Both the position numbers and the translations under genes were made by a program. DNA of 64,000 nt from Neoechinorhynchus agilis (lineage: Eukaryota; Animalia; Acanthocephala), in contig CM121341.1 in assembly GCA_051530055.1 (NCBI GenBank), positions 930,001 through 994,000 on the forward strand. The letters run 5' to 3'. Below are positions 13,011-26,028 of the stretch, one piece after another (the stretch's first letter is position 1; every line of letters starts with the position of its first letter). The notes under the pieces are model-generated. The model was not told where the DNA came from. It ran no database searches and saw nothing but the letters and a program-made list of their open reading frames with translations.

Positions 13011-13230
13011 CTGAAGGAAAAAATTATGAATATATTAATCTGAATTTTCGACCAATGCGTTGGTCTTCTTCAGTGATTGTTTGTAAGTTTTTGATAAGAC
13101 GAACTCGGATATTTAAAAACTTACAAGCAATCACTGAAGAAGACCAACGCATTGGTCGAAAATTCTGATTAATATATTCATAATTTTTCCTTCAGTTCAC
13201 CATCATAATTAATTCCTAAATGAATATCTA
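13011..13230. ncRNA. Fold-back element with two divergent minimal hammerhead ribozymes
   Basis: Plus copy 13129-13170: AATCA CTGAAGA A GACCAA CGCA TTGGTC GAAA ATTC TGATT, with perfect stems I and II. Inverted copy at about 13042-13079. Direct repeat CACAATTACGTGT at 12997-13009 and 13231-13243. Confidence 0.75.
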
Positions 13231-13405
13231 CACAATTACGTGTTCCTTAGAACTTGATAGTCAGAAAACGATGGCAAACTTGGATGGACTGTTTGCGGAT
13301 ACAAAGACTTCATCAACGATTAGAAATGAGTTTATTGAACATTGACAAAGTGTGATAATTGTGATCTTTAATGGTATTTTCGCATGAGTTTATTCACTGG
13401 GTTTT

Positions 13406-13756
13406 TTATCCGTTGCTAAGTGATGAAAACGAAGGATCTCCGCTGCATCTGGACCAAGCTCCTGAAGAAGAGGAAGTTAGTGTTTGACTCACATGACCGT
13501 GACTTTGTCTGGTTATGGTACTCATTGGTTCTCGTTGTAATGAGCTGATGGAACTTAAAGACGAAGCTGAGGGCGATGAGCTAAGGTAATCAATGGAGGA
13601 CGTTATTAGATAGGCACTGCTGTTCGAACTGTCGTCTGTACTTCGTCGATGAACGAGTAAAAGCAGATTATTGAGGGAATCGGATAGTGGACGGTGGTTG
13701 AACACGCTCACATAGCGCAAAGTGTCTCCGTGTGCCGGATTGAAGCCGAGCATTGT
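13406..13756 (-). CDS. Ser-rich open segment, probable exon of an unidentified gene
   Basis: 115 aa ORF preceded by the acceptor-like CTAATTTTCAG; no homology recognised. Confidence 0.35.
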   Translation of the reverse strand, partial: TMLGFNPAHGDTLRYVSVFNHRPLSDSLNNLLLLVHRRSTDDSSNSSAYLITSSIDYLSSSPSASSLSSISSLQREPMSTITRQSHGHVSQTLTSSSSGAWSRCSGDPSFSSLSNG

Positions 13757-14649
13757 CTGAAAATTAGTCTCGACTATGTGTGCACGTTCGGGTAAATTAG
13801 CAACGATAAAAAATGACGAAAATGAGCGGAAATGATTGATGGGAACTCACGCCCAAGACAAAGAATTTCCAGTTCTTTAAACACGGATATTTCGAGCTTA
13901 TGCACTAGGTCACAGACGACTTAAATACCAGTTCGAAGTGTTAGACAAAAGAGGTACAATATAAAAAATAGAACATTAAGTGTTTTGGTGTTGTTCTTCG
14001 AGGAAAAAAGCAAAGAATGGAACCGGTGTTATATAACCTTTCCGTAAAGAGAGGCGGCGGGGTCCTAACGACGAATTGTATCTTTTTCTCTCTCTCGATC
14101 TCTGGTGTGTGTTTACAACCTGTTTGGAAAAATTGAATAACGACCAAGGTATTTGTTTTCTAGTCTGGAAATCTTAAGACACTCATAGGGTAAATGCAAT
14201 TTTAAGCCTTAAGTGAATTGAAAAGGAGTACCGAATACGTTGGCGAATTTAACGACAGTATTGTGGATTTGTATGCTTTAGATTCCATATTAAAGAAAAC
14301 ATTGGAAGCTTAAGTGATATGTAGATGAAAATGGATGCATTCTGAAGAAATGTCAATGTCTAAGAGGAAGCGCATAATGGAGCTCTCAGCAAAGTCTGCG
14401 CTAAATTTAATTTTCCCCAAAAATTAATTCAATTAGTCAAAAAAAAGCGCTTTCGCAAAATTTTTGGTCCGTAATCATGCACTGTGCTGGCAAATATGAC
14501 TAAGGACCAAAAATGCTTAAAATTCACATTCGCAAAAGTAACAAAACAAAAGAGTGTCGCATTAAAAAGCGAAAACAAAGCAAAAAAATGAGACACTCAA
14601 GAAACTTGAAAATCTTTTCTTATTAATAAGATAACAAAAACCTTTTTTA

Positions 14650-15820
14650 TATAATGGGAACAATTGTAAAGATCACCACCAAATATTCTTTGACGTTGAT
14701 ATCAAATTGTGCAAGAAAACGAAAAATATATCCAATCAGCAAGCGCTTGTTAAACACTTGAAGCCTCAAGCTCCTCTTGACGAAGAATTCACTTGTCAAA
14801 CAACATCAAGCCGTCTGTTTTTTCACAGGAATACGTCCTGACGATGTGACATATTTTTCAGTGGCATTGAATTGGCTTCATAAAGTGCATGCTGGAGTAA
14901 GATAAATTCTAAAGGATTTCCTGCAAAGTTATGTGCACTTAGATTACAAGCTTAAGAATTAATCTTCTAATAAAGCGAAGCTCATCGCAGTCCAGAAATT
15001 TCGTGAAAGGTTACGTGGGACAGTGAACAAAAATTCAGCGCTTGGACCTTTGATTCCGATTTTTTAGGATATTTTAATTCGGACACCACACAGCATATTT
15101 GTTGAATGCTAGCGCAAAATTCTACAGTAGAGGATTTTCGGTCGATCGCGCATCTCAAACTCAATCAATTTCCTATCATCAAAATTTGATATAACATTTC
15201 GAAACACCGTGCAAATTTTTCAAAATTGCGGCTAAAAGTGCCGTTGACGATAGATGAATTCGATAAAAACGTGGCTATTAGGATTTGCCGTAAGGAGAGA
15301 GGCTAGACATATCTGGGCAATGCTAAGTAGACCGCACGATTTCGAGATTAATCTCTTAAAATGGCAGAGTCTGGAATTTTCACACATATAGAATTTCCCA
15401 TCAGAGTACACCGATTCCGAGAAGTTCTCAAATGAAGAATGGTAATCTGGTCTAAACGAGATCAGCTACCAAATCATGGATGATACCACAGTGATTTGCA
15501 ATCAGAATTCCTATCGAATGAACGTCGACACGCTGCAACTGAGCGCCTTGATGGGTGTGTGTGTCAACCACGCACAGCTGCCATCAATCAGCAAGAAGGA
15601 TTCTTTAATGTGATCCGCTGGATTCATGGTATATTGTGCGTGAAGACGAAGATTGCCGGATAAAAAAGGAACGAAACCGCCGATTATTTGTGTGTGTTGA
15701 TTTTGTTTTGGCTGCCGTACGAAAACGCTCATCAGACGGCGTGTTCTTACCACGCGTACGGAATGTTCATCAAGTGAGGAATGCAGTTCGTCATTTCGTC
15801 TTGTCATATTCAAACTCAAA
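14650..15820 (-). CDS. Possible cryptic multi-exon gene or pseudogene
   Basis: Several consecutive 35-100 codon open frames in changing frames with protein-like composition. Exon structure could not be resolved. Confidence 0.2.
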
Positions 15821-17149
15821 ATTTTTCATCCTTCATTTCACCCACGCACAAAAATTCATTAAAACTAATAAAGCAGATCTCATGAGAAATGAAGATCTTG
15901 CTCCTTGAAGAGAAACCATTTGGGTGTTGTGGCAGCAAATAAGCAATTCCGAATTCATATATAATTCTTACAATCGTAAATCTTAAATTCGTCTTTACTG
16001 GAGTAGTTAATGTCAAACGTGAGTTTATGAGACTCATTTACTAATTTACATAAATGCTAAAGTGGTTTCTGTTTTTATTTGACAATTATATTTACAGATA
16101 TGCAAGCAGTAATAATAAAAATCTTTTGGAGAAAATTCACAGGACTTTATTTCGAGTGCTGTGTTTCATTTAAAATGAATCTTATTAATTTCGACAATTC
16201 ATGAAAAGGAAATATGCCGATTTGTCAAATTTTAATCAGACTTTGTTTTTGTAACCAAAACTTGTCCATTTTACACACTGCAACTAAGAAAACTTCTAAA
16301 ATCACAGAAGCGAATGTACTCATCCTTTATAGTAAGAAATGCAGGATCATAAGAAATAGAAAGACAGATTTAAACAAATGATTATATGAGTCATCATGAC
16401 AGCCAATGAATATAAAAAATTTTAAAGTTACTAAGCTTCATAATTTTTAAATCAAAATTTGTGTTCAGCCTCTTTCAAGCGTGACAGCAGAGCACCATAG
16501 TGTATATCTAATGAGTGAAAAAACGATAAAGAAGAAGTGATGTTTATTCATTGTTGAATCTGGTTAAGAGACAACTAACTCTCAATCGAATTAATCTCCA
16601 TTAATGAGTGAAGAAAAATCATTTATCAAGCTCGCCTTCGAAATTAATTTGCTTGTTCTATTTAGTTACCCAGCTATATATCTCCAACATAGCAATCGTG
16701 CGTAGAACCAAGACACAGGAAACGTTTATCTCTGCTAGTAACACTCTCTATAGGCTCAATGCTTTCCAACGATTTCTTGATGCATTTTAGTCCACATAAC
16801 ATTTATAATTCAAAGATCGTTAAGTGAAAGGAACTGAAAAAGTCGATTCAAAAAGTGCGCCTCCTTACACTTGCGGCAATAGCGCTTTTAAAACCGACTT
16901 TAAAACACTAAAAAGGATTTATACTAAGTAACTTTTCGATGCTGGTTTACTCAGATAATAAACCCACAGAAAAATAAGTACTAAACTATTAATAAAAATG
17001 ATAGCACCAAAAAACAAGCACGTAAAGACAAGATAAACTCCATGAACATTCAAAAAATTTATATCGAGATAATTCATCGGGATGGTACCACACAAACAAC
17101 CAAAACACCCCACAAAAAAAATTTTGACTAGTGGTGAAGATAATCCCTG

Positions 17150-17370
17150 TTAAAAATCATTTTATTTTCTCCATATCGCGAGTTTTTCCCTCCTCGAGAT
17201 TTGTTTGTAAACATGCAAATTTTCGAGGCCTCAACCTCCTTATCAAACATTGTTGGCAGAGGAAAATTCATGCTAACAATGCTTGATAAGGAGGTTAAGG
17301 CCTCGAAAATTTGCATGTTTACAAATAAATCTCGAGGAGGGGAAAAACTCGCCGTATAGAGAAAATGGAC
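17150..17370. ncRNA. Fold-back element with two divergent U3:A8 hammerhead motifs
   Basis: Plus copy 17278-17316: AATGC TTGATAA G GAGG TTAAGG CCTC GAAA ATTT GCAT. Inverted copy at about 17204-17251. Confidence 0.6.
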
Positions 17371-17979
17371 TGAACCCCTCGAAGGAAAAACTCGATCGAA
17401 TCATTTTATTCTTCTAAAATATTTCGAAAGAGAAAACCTCGCCTTATCAATCATCTAAAAAACGTTTTTGGTTATGGTTCTTTTCTATGTTTAGTCTAAA
17501 AGGCTCGGGTTGGCAGGTTCGAGTACCGTGTGCCCGCTCGTAAACCCTGCACCCAGGATTATCTTCACAGCAATTCAAAATTCAAAAATCTGTGCGAACA
17601 CGAAGATATACAAATCCACGTTGGATTAGTCCATTGGATATACAAGAACGCCTTCGCTCACCGGCAAGCTTACGATAAAAAATAGACATTGTATACAAAC
17701 ATGAAATCGTTAATTAACTCTTGCATTAACTTCATAAATAAACAAACACATGCACTGTCACATATACAAAAGCGACAATACACACTTTGAGAGGCTAAAA
17801 TAAATTTGTTTCAACCTCGTAAATTGCTAAAATAAGGTCGATCGAACAATAACATGCGGTTGAGAAATCAGTGGATAATCCACCAACTGATCAACATGCG
17901 GGTGTGCAAACCGATTTTCGTCGACATGATCAAATACACTCCGAACTTAGAAAGGCTAAAATCGTTGGAACAAAAGAGT

Positions 17980-19520
17980 ATATTTCTCAGGCGTTACCTT
18001 CGAACAAAGTTGTCTGAGAGGGTGTCTCAGAGAGCCACGGTAAAAACATAGCCCGAGTAGTATCATAATTCTAACTCTACCTTTGTAGATTGCGTGTTTT
18101 TCAGGACCATTCCTAGGAAAATCATTCGCCTTTCCAGCTGAGGCCCATCTTGAATGCCCCCTTTCTTGAAAATGCTCCAAATAAACGTGAATAAAGCATA
18201 CAACACATGCAATCCAGATTTCCCCCACCACGAAAAATGCCCAATGCTTAGAAAGACAAAAATCTTTCTCTGACCTATCAAACTCCGACCTCCTTGCTAC
18301 CCTAAATTCTATCAATGCGCAACTTTGTGACTCTCACTCGAATACAAATAAAACATCATCCCCTTCCAGATCTACATCACCTCTCTCAGCTCCTACAGCT
18401 TCATCTCCCATGATTTCCACGTATGATGTTCGCATTGTTCTCCAGAAACTACCACGCAAATCATCCCCTAACTCTCCAATTCCCAACTGGGCTCTACGCT
18501 TTACTATCCCAGATTTAATTGATCCACTTACCCATATAATCAAGCCAAAGTTTCATGAACGGAATCTTCCTTAATTGCCTTAAAACAGCTCGGGTAACCC
18601 TGCTCCCGAAAGCATTCAAACTTATATCCACCTCAAGTTTTCGACCCATCTCTATCTTACCTTCATTCTCTAAAATCTTAGAGAGATGCTTTAAAGCGCA
18701 CCTTCGGCCAATCTTCAATCGAAAAATTTTACCCATTCAATTTGGTTTCCGGCTCGGCTTTTCTTGTACGAAAGCTTTTCTTTGCACCTACGATTCCCTT
18801 CTTAATAATCTCGACGCACGCCCTTTATTTGTCTCTCGACTCACCCAAATCGACATTTATAAAGCTTTTGATTCCGTCGATCACAATCTCCTCCTTGACA
18901 CATGCTTTAAATTTTGTTTTGCCGCCTGGAAAATCAAATGGTTTAAATCCTTCCTAAACAATAGATTACAATTTATCGAAATAGGGAGCATCACCTCGAA
19001 CACCTTAGCAATCATCAAAGGAGTTCCCCATGCAATTTTTCTTCTAAACTATTCAAAAAATAACACCTTTTCACAAGAGGTGCTATCTAATATGCTCCTC
19101 CGAACTCCTGTCCTTAGAAAAACACCTTTTTCTAATCTTTCAAAAGCACTTTCTCTTCTTCCTTAATTTCTACCCCACATTTCTCCTTTTACTCACACTT
19201 AGAACACTCGCGTCGCCCCAACATTTTCCATCCTTCATTTCCCCACACAAATCTCTACCTTCGCTCTTTCTTCTTTACTGGTCAATCCTCCAAATGCGAA
19301 TTGATTCGAAGGAAAGAACGAAAACCAACAACTAACAACTTAACCAACTAAAATCAGATAAATCTCCCACAAACAATAACCACCAATTCCCACCCCAGCG
19401 GGCATTCAATCGACCGGATGCTCGCACCCGACCTGACAAATCAGAACTCGAGTACGCACGAGGACCCAAAGGAACATGGTTTCTCTGTTTGTATCAATAA
19501 AATGTGTTATTATTATAATT
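17980..19520 (+). mobile_element. CR1/L2/Jockey-type LINE ORF2 fragment with 3' UTR
   Basis: CLKTARV..LPK, FRPISILPSFSKILE, QFGFR.G.SC, DIYKAFDSVDH and KGVP motifs; frameshifted; ends in a short (TTA)n tail near 19515. Confidence 0.85.
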
Positions 19521-20129
19521 TGCAGGAGCTAAAAGGTGAAATGAAAGTAAAAATATTTTAGTTTAAAAGGATCAATCTTTCTTATTAGTCCTCTTAGAAT
19601 TTTCCCCTTACAGTCATAGCTTTATTTATTTTCTAATTTCTCGTCAAATTCTTTAGTTTAAGATGCTTTAATATTCGAAAATTCTTAAATTTAAAAATTT
19701 ATATCCTAATAATCGAACCAATAACTTCATGTAATTTTCTAGTAGAATTATGTAAATGAAAATTATGGCGAACCTTAATAACAATTTAATAGCGTGTCGC
19801 GAACGGCATAAAGCGTTTCCTTTGGGCTCTAAACTAATTCATCTTTCAACTTTACGCGCTGCTTCCGTTGACAGAGTTGGAGAAAAGTTGGAACGGTGCT
19901 GAATAAATTTTTATACTAAAAGTTTGCATTTTCGTCACTACACATTTTCAGCGGTGGTTCAATGTATTAAATCGGATCAAATCCTGTTTATGAATCAAAA
20001 TTCGTGGACCGATGGATAAATTCCCCTTTCGTATAATTTTATCATATTTTGGTTATTTTTTCTTATTTTTTTATGAAGATTGGCCAGCCGGTAACTTATA
20101 TCAATGTGTGGCCTTGTGGTGAAATAAAT

Positions 20130-21835
20130 TATTAGTTTCATTTTGCCGATATTTCACGTCGGATAATTATGACATTATCAATTGTTTATGGAAATCCTAG
20201 GAAAATATCGTAATTATCCGACGTGAAATATCGGCAATAAACCAGTCAATGAAAATCCACAAGAAAATGTCGGAATTATCCGATGTGAAATACCTGAAAT
20301 AAATGCGTTAGATTTAATCCCGGGGCATTGAAAGTACCAGAAGGTGGTATATTTTTCCCGAAGACAATAATCCAAGAAATAAATTATTAGTTTCATTTTG
20401 GTACTTATAACGCTCCCAAGATTTAATCTGACTCATTTATTTCCGATATTTCTTCGGAAAATTCCGTCATTATCAATTGTTTATGAAAATCCATAAGAAA
20501 ATGTCGGAATTATCCGATGTGAAACACCTGAAATAAATGAGTTAGATTAAATCCTGTGGTGTTAAAAGTGCTCCCAGGATTTAATCTGACTCATTTATTT
20601 CCGATATTTCTTCGGAAAATTCCGTCATTATCAATTGTTTATGAAAATCCATAAGAAAATGTCGGAATTATCCGATGTGAAATACCTGAAATAAATGCGT
20701 TAGATTTAATCCTGGGGCATTGAAAGTACCAGAAGGTGGTATATTTTTCCCGAAGACAATAATCCAAGAAATAAATTATTAGTTTCATTTTGGTACTTAT
20801 AACGCTCCCAAGATTTAATCTGACTCGCTTATTTCCGATATTTCTTCGGAAAATTCCGTCATTATCAATTGTTTATGAAAATCCATAAGAAAATGTCGGA
20901 ATTATCCGATGTGAAACACCTGAAATAAATGAGTTAGATTAAATTCTGAAGTGTTAAAAGTACCAGAAGGTGGTATATTTTTCCCGAAGACAATAATCCA
21001 AGAAATAAATTATTAGTTTCATTTTGGTACTTATAACGCTCCCAAGATTTAATCTGACTCATTTATTTCCGATATTTCTTCGGAAAATTCCGTCATTATC
21101 AATTGTTTATGAAAATCCATAAGAAAATGTCGGAATTATCCGATGTGCAATACCAGAAATAAATGAGTTCGATTAAATCCTGGGGTGTTAAAAGTGCTCC
21201 CAGGATTTAATCTGACCCATTTATTTCCGATATTTCTTCGGAAAATTCCGTCATTATCAATTGTTTATGAAAATCCATAAGAAAATGTCGGAATTATCCG
21301 ATGTGAAACACCTGAAATAAATGAGTTAGATTAAATCCTGGGGCGTTGAAAGTACCAGAAGGTGGTATATTTTTCCCGAAGACAATAATCCAAGAAATAA
21401 ATTATTAGTTTCATTTTGGTACTTATAACGCTCCCATGATTTAATCTGACTCATTTATTTCCGATATTTCTTCGGAAAATTCCGTCATTATCAATTGTTT
21501 ATGAAAATCCATAAGAAAATGTCGGAATTATCCGATGTGGAACACCTGAAATAAATGAGTTAAATTAAATCCTGGGGCGTTGAAAGTACCAGAAGGAAAT
21601 ATATTTTTCCTGAAGACAATAATCCAAGAAATAAATTATTAGTTTCATTTTGGTACTTATAACGCCGCTCATTCCGTCATTATCAATTGTTTATGAAAAT
21701 CCATAAAAATGTCGGAATTATCCGATGTGAAATACCTGAAATAAATGAGTTAGATTAAATCCTGGGGCGTTGAAAGTACCAGAAGGAAATATATTTTTCC
21801 TGAAGACAATAATGAAAGAAATAAATTATTAGTAT
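20130..21835. repeat. Satellite of mixed ~157 and ~235 bp fold-back units
   Basis: The GAAAGTACC-type anchor recurs at spacings of about 392, 235, 392 and 233 bp. Each unit has inverted ATTTATTTCCG / CTGAAATAAAT arms. Confidence 0.9.
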
Positions 21836-22379
21836 TCACTGCATCAATGACATGCGCCCAAGATTGTCAACGGAGCCATTTACTCACGTTGCTTTCGCTA
21901 AGAGCGCATATCGTCTCCCACGTGATGGATTCCTTATTTAGCATAATCTGACGATAAGATAATATCTGAGCGAGATTTTGTTGCTCGTAGATGCTAAAAA
22001 AATAAGAGTCCGGATCCGTCCCCTATAATCGACTTGTATTGTGGATGTTTGTAATAGACGAAAAGTTTTAGTTTAAAAGTTCAAGAGTACTTAATTCATA
22101 TGCCGTGCATCTTAGTTTTAATTTGTCTAACATGCGCAAACGCTGTGTTTTTAGCATTATGTTCATTATTTTGCCCGTGAAATTTTAATATCTGATTTTT
22201 TTTAGAAGAACTTAGAATTAACTTTAGGAAGCGTCTTGACATCCTTAGATTTCACAAGAAAGTCTAATGCCGTGAACTTTTCGCCGGATTTTACTAAACA
22301 GAATAATTTTTTATTCTTTACGAACCCAGAATAATCTATATTTAGATGTGTTACTTTTATTTCAACACTCAATTATTTA

Positions 22380-23700
22380 TAATTTTTGGTGAACATACTC
22401 CCGGTCATAATCTATTTGATTTATTGGAAATATTTCGCGAGGTAACCTCGCCTCATCAGTCATCTAAAAATGAGTTTTACACATTAAGGTTTTAAGCTCG
22501 AGTGTACGGGATCGCCAAACCCGAAGTTCGGGGACCAATCATCCGATCGATACCCCTGCGCTGTACTACGTTTTTTCCATGATTTTAGCATTGATTTTTA
22601 TAGCACATCGCTGGCTGGCAGTTTCAAGCTAAAATTAGCTTTATTTAATCCCATATTGTTTAACACAGCGATGCGCAAGGCCTCCAAAACAAGCCGTCTT
22701 TTTAAGTTTTGCTCTATTTCTATAAAGTTGGTGCCACCAAAATCCGCTCGATGCTTACATGTCTCTTGATGATTGGAGATTGCCAAAGAATACTCAAATC
22801 GACTGCAGGCTTCCTTACGTAGAGCGACCCTCTTCTTGATGTCCTGTGTCGTTTCTCCAATTTAGACTCTATCACACTGTTCACAGTTCATTCGGTAGAT
22901 TCCATTGAGTCGGCTCAATTCTACCCTTCTTGAATGTGCTTCTAAGAGCGATTTCTTTAGTATTGTAAATACGAATTCCAACCTTCTTACTCATAATGGA
23001 TTAAATCATTTGATTCGTGTCATCATCAACGAAGTGCACTCTTTCGAAGCATGCAGGCTCTGCCGAAGATTTGTTGTTGTTATGCGGATGGTAGTTTCTG
23101 CCTCTGATTCCCCAGTCTATAATCCATTTGGGATATCTCCTTATTTTCAGTTCCTTTACTATCCTCTCCCTTTCCCTAATCCGTGCAAATCGAGTTGATG
23201 AGATAAGAGAAGCTCTTCGGAAGTAGGACACGGCAACCGAGATTTTATACCTCATCGGTTGGTGACTTGACCAATGTGGTGGTCCCCATGATAGATTCTC
23301 CTTACGATGAAGTGACGTGCCAACTTTGCCTTGTGCAGAACGCTTGACAAGGGCGTCCAGGAACGAGGCCTCTCCGTTGATGTTCACTTCTTTGACTGTC
23401 CACTGTATGTGTGGATCGTGACTGTTCAGTTCAGCATTTAGTGAATCTTTGTTGTGGTTTGAATCAGTCAGAATAAATACGTCGTCCACATAACGCCACT
23501 ACCGATTTACATGACTATGAAGCTCCAAGAAAGTGGACTCCTACGATCGCATGTAGATGTCGGCCAAGGTTGGGGTTAATGGCAATCCCATGGCTACACC
23601 ATCTTTTTGATCGCAGAAAACACCCTCAAATTCAAAGGCAGTCATACTCGTGCACCATTGAATTAGGGACTGCCACGCACCAAGGTCCAAAAGTGGTTTA
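22380..23700 (-). mobile_element. Penelope-like element 3' half: RT C-terminus, GIY-YIG endonuclease, 3' UTR with hammerhead
   Basis: YVDDVF, EASFLDALV and HWSSHQPMRYK motifs; endonuclease tail AISNHQETCKHRADF...RRLVLEALRI; hammerhead CTGATGA G GCGAGG TTA CCTCGC GAAATATT on the minus strand at about 22425-22462. Confidence 0.85.
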
Positions 23701-24689
23701 CCGGCTTTCTGCTAATTTCAGCCGAGCCCTAAGCAATCTTTTCATCACCACCTTCAGCCTTTGAGTTAGCCTTTATAGACGATTGTCTTGCTTATCAACA
23801 AACGTATAAAAGAAGAAAATAATCGAAAGCAATCGCATCATGGTAATGGTTCGTTTTAAATTTTGCAGTACGACGAGGGAATGCTGCCAGCGTGATGAAA
23901 AGCCGCGGCTCTACAGAACATTATCTTCCAAAACTTGTAAATTTTAATAAATTTTAAAATAAATATATTATAAGTTTTAAAATCCCTCATCTAATTTTCA
24001 AGTTTGGGCACAATAAAAAATAAAAAACTCTCACTTGGACAAATTAATTGGAGAAGTAGAATTTATAAAAAATTTATATTTAGTGATTAAATTTAAACCT
24101 TGCAAGATACGTCGTACTACTGCATGCATTCTTTTTTTTTATAAAGTCCGTCAAATGCAAAATAATATTTGTAGTTCCAAAGTTTAACATTGTAGCAAAT
24201 TAAGGAGACTCGTAGAATTTTGTCAAACGATTCAAAACTGTTCCCCTAAGTTCCATGACCTGAAACGTTTCTCATTTTTAAGCAAAATCTGATTTGAGCA
24301 CAAATAATATCTGAGGACCGAAATTCGTGGCGGTTTTTCCCCATTTAAATGGACTTATTTATTAACCACTTAAACGATGAATAAAATAGAGATTAATCCG
24401 GGTGAAGATAATCCGGGTTTGAAATCATTTTATTTTACTGAAATATTACGAAAGAGGAAACCTCGCCTTACCAATCATTGCTACACATATTTAAAAACTT
24501 ACAAGCAATGATTGAAAAGGCGAGGTTTCCTCTTTCGAAATACCAAGATTATCTTCACCACAAGTCAGAAATTACAATCCCGGTGGATTTTCTCTCGACA
24601 TGATTAATCATGGTGTTGTCTCCTCCGAAGACAGTAATCCAGGGGATCAAGAGATATTAATTCTTAGAAAATTCAGCGATTCATATGAG

Positions 24690-25030
24690 AACTAATGGTG
24701 AAACAAGCAAAGATTTGTGCAACTTAAATTTAGAATATAGTTTCTTTTTTGTTCAGCCCAGTTGGACTGGACGAAGTTGCTGGCCCGTTTTCTCTGTAAT
24801 ACGTTTGCAGAGAATCTTTCCTGCGAGTCGGCGTATCGTCGAAGATACGGCGATGGGACGGATCCCACCTTCTTTTTTGTGAGCGCACACAATGAGGCTC
24901 CGAAAAATAGGTCCTTTGCAGCGGGGTTCAGGTCCACTCCAGTCAGGCGGTTGACTATTCGAGAAAGCGCACTTCCTAGAGCGAGAGCTGCTTCACCAGT
25001 TGAAAAGGACATCATGTCCTTTAGGTGCTG
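24690..25030 (-). mobile_element. CRE-clade non-LTR RT fragment
   Basis: FFGASLCALTKK(E)GGIRPIAVSSTIRRLAGK...LRPVQLG, with one frameshift in the A run. Confidence 0.75.
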
Positions 25031-25129
25031 AGGCCTTAGCCCAAGATGAGATGGCCTTTTAAGTCTTTTGGTTCTTTAAATTCCGAACATCGATTTGGCT
25101 ATCGAGAGTTTTCGTCAAAAATATTCATG

Positions 25130-25672
25130 TTTTTATATGCCGGTGAAAAATTACAATACTTTATTCCGATATTTCGGCGCACAATCGTGTACGCGTTTAT
25201 TAAGGTTGTGTGTAATTTTTCACCGCCACACAAAAACATGAATAGTTCAATCTTCAAATATAAATACTGAAAAGAAAACATTTTACGGTTCCAGGAGCCG
25301 GTGAAGTGGCAAAAAGGGGAGAAATGCCTTGATAAGTCGCTTTGCATTTTAAAAATCTCTCATCGTTAAGACAACTGATGCCGTCGGACCGGTTGAAAAA
25401 TGACTGAACCCAGGGCCGCCAACTACTTTTTTTTATCAAAAAATCAGCGATTCAGAAGCGGAATTCGCTTCAAATCCAAATGTTGAACGCCGTATTTAAT
25501 AAAGACATTTCGGACTTCGTCGGGTTCACCATCTCAGTTGTTCGCGGCGACGATTATTACCATTCTCTCTTGCCTGACCTTTCCGTCAACTGTATGACAA
25601 CAACAAAATTGAATTTTCTTTTGTAAAATTTGCCCTCTGAGGTTGTCGCACCAAACGTCATCATCGGGCGTT
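25130..25672. repeat. Dispersed repeat shared with 57330-58135
   Basis: 25288-25670 is near-identical to 57755-58135, and the left part matches 57330-57450. Confidence 0.85.
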
Positions 25673-26028
25673 GACTAAAAAGCCAATACTCACTGTCAGT
25701 AAGTTTTACACTAAGTGTTCACTCTGCGCTAGTCAACGGTTTATGTACATTTTGACTTCTGATTTTTTATCAAGTTAGAAACTTCTTCATGGATGTCGTC
25801 ATTATGCGAAAAGGCGCGGTTGGATTTCCAATATCCTCAGACCACGAGGAGAATCAAATTTAATCGGAGAAAGCTTGAAGAGCATTATAGAAATTCGTAT
25901 CAATTCGACTCAAGCAAGAGTAAAATTCAAATTTAATACTGATAAAGCATTTTTATGGGTGGCTCAGCCTGTAGTCTTTTTGATAGATTTTTTATGAAGA
26001 TTAACCAGCCGGTAACTTATATCGATGT

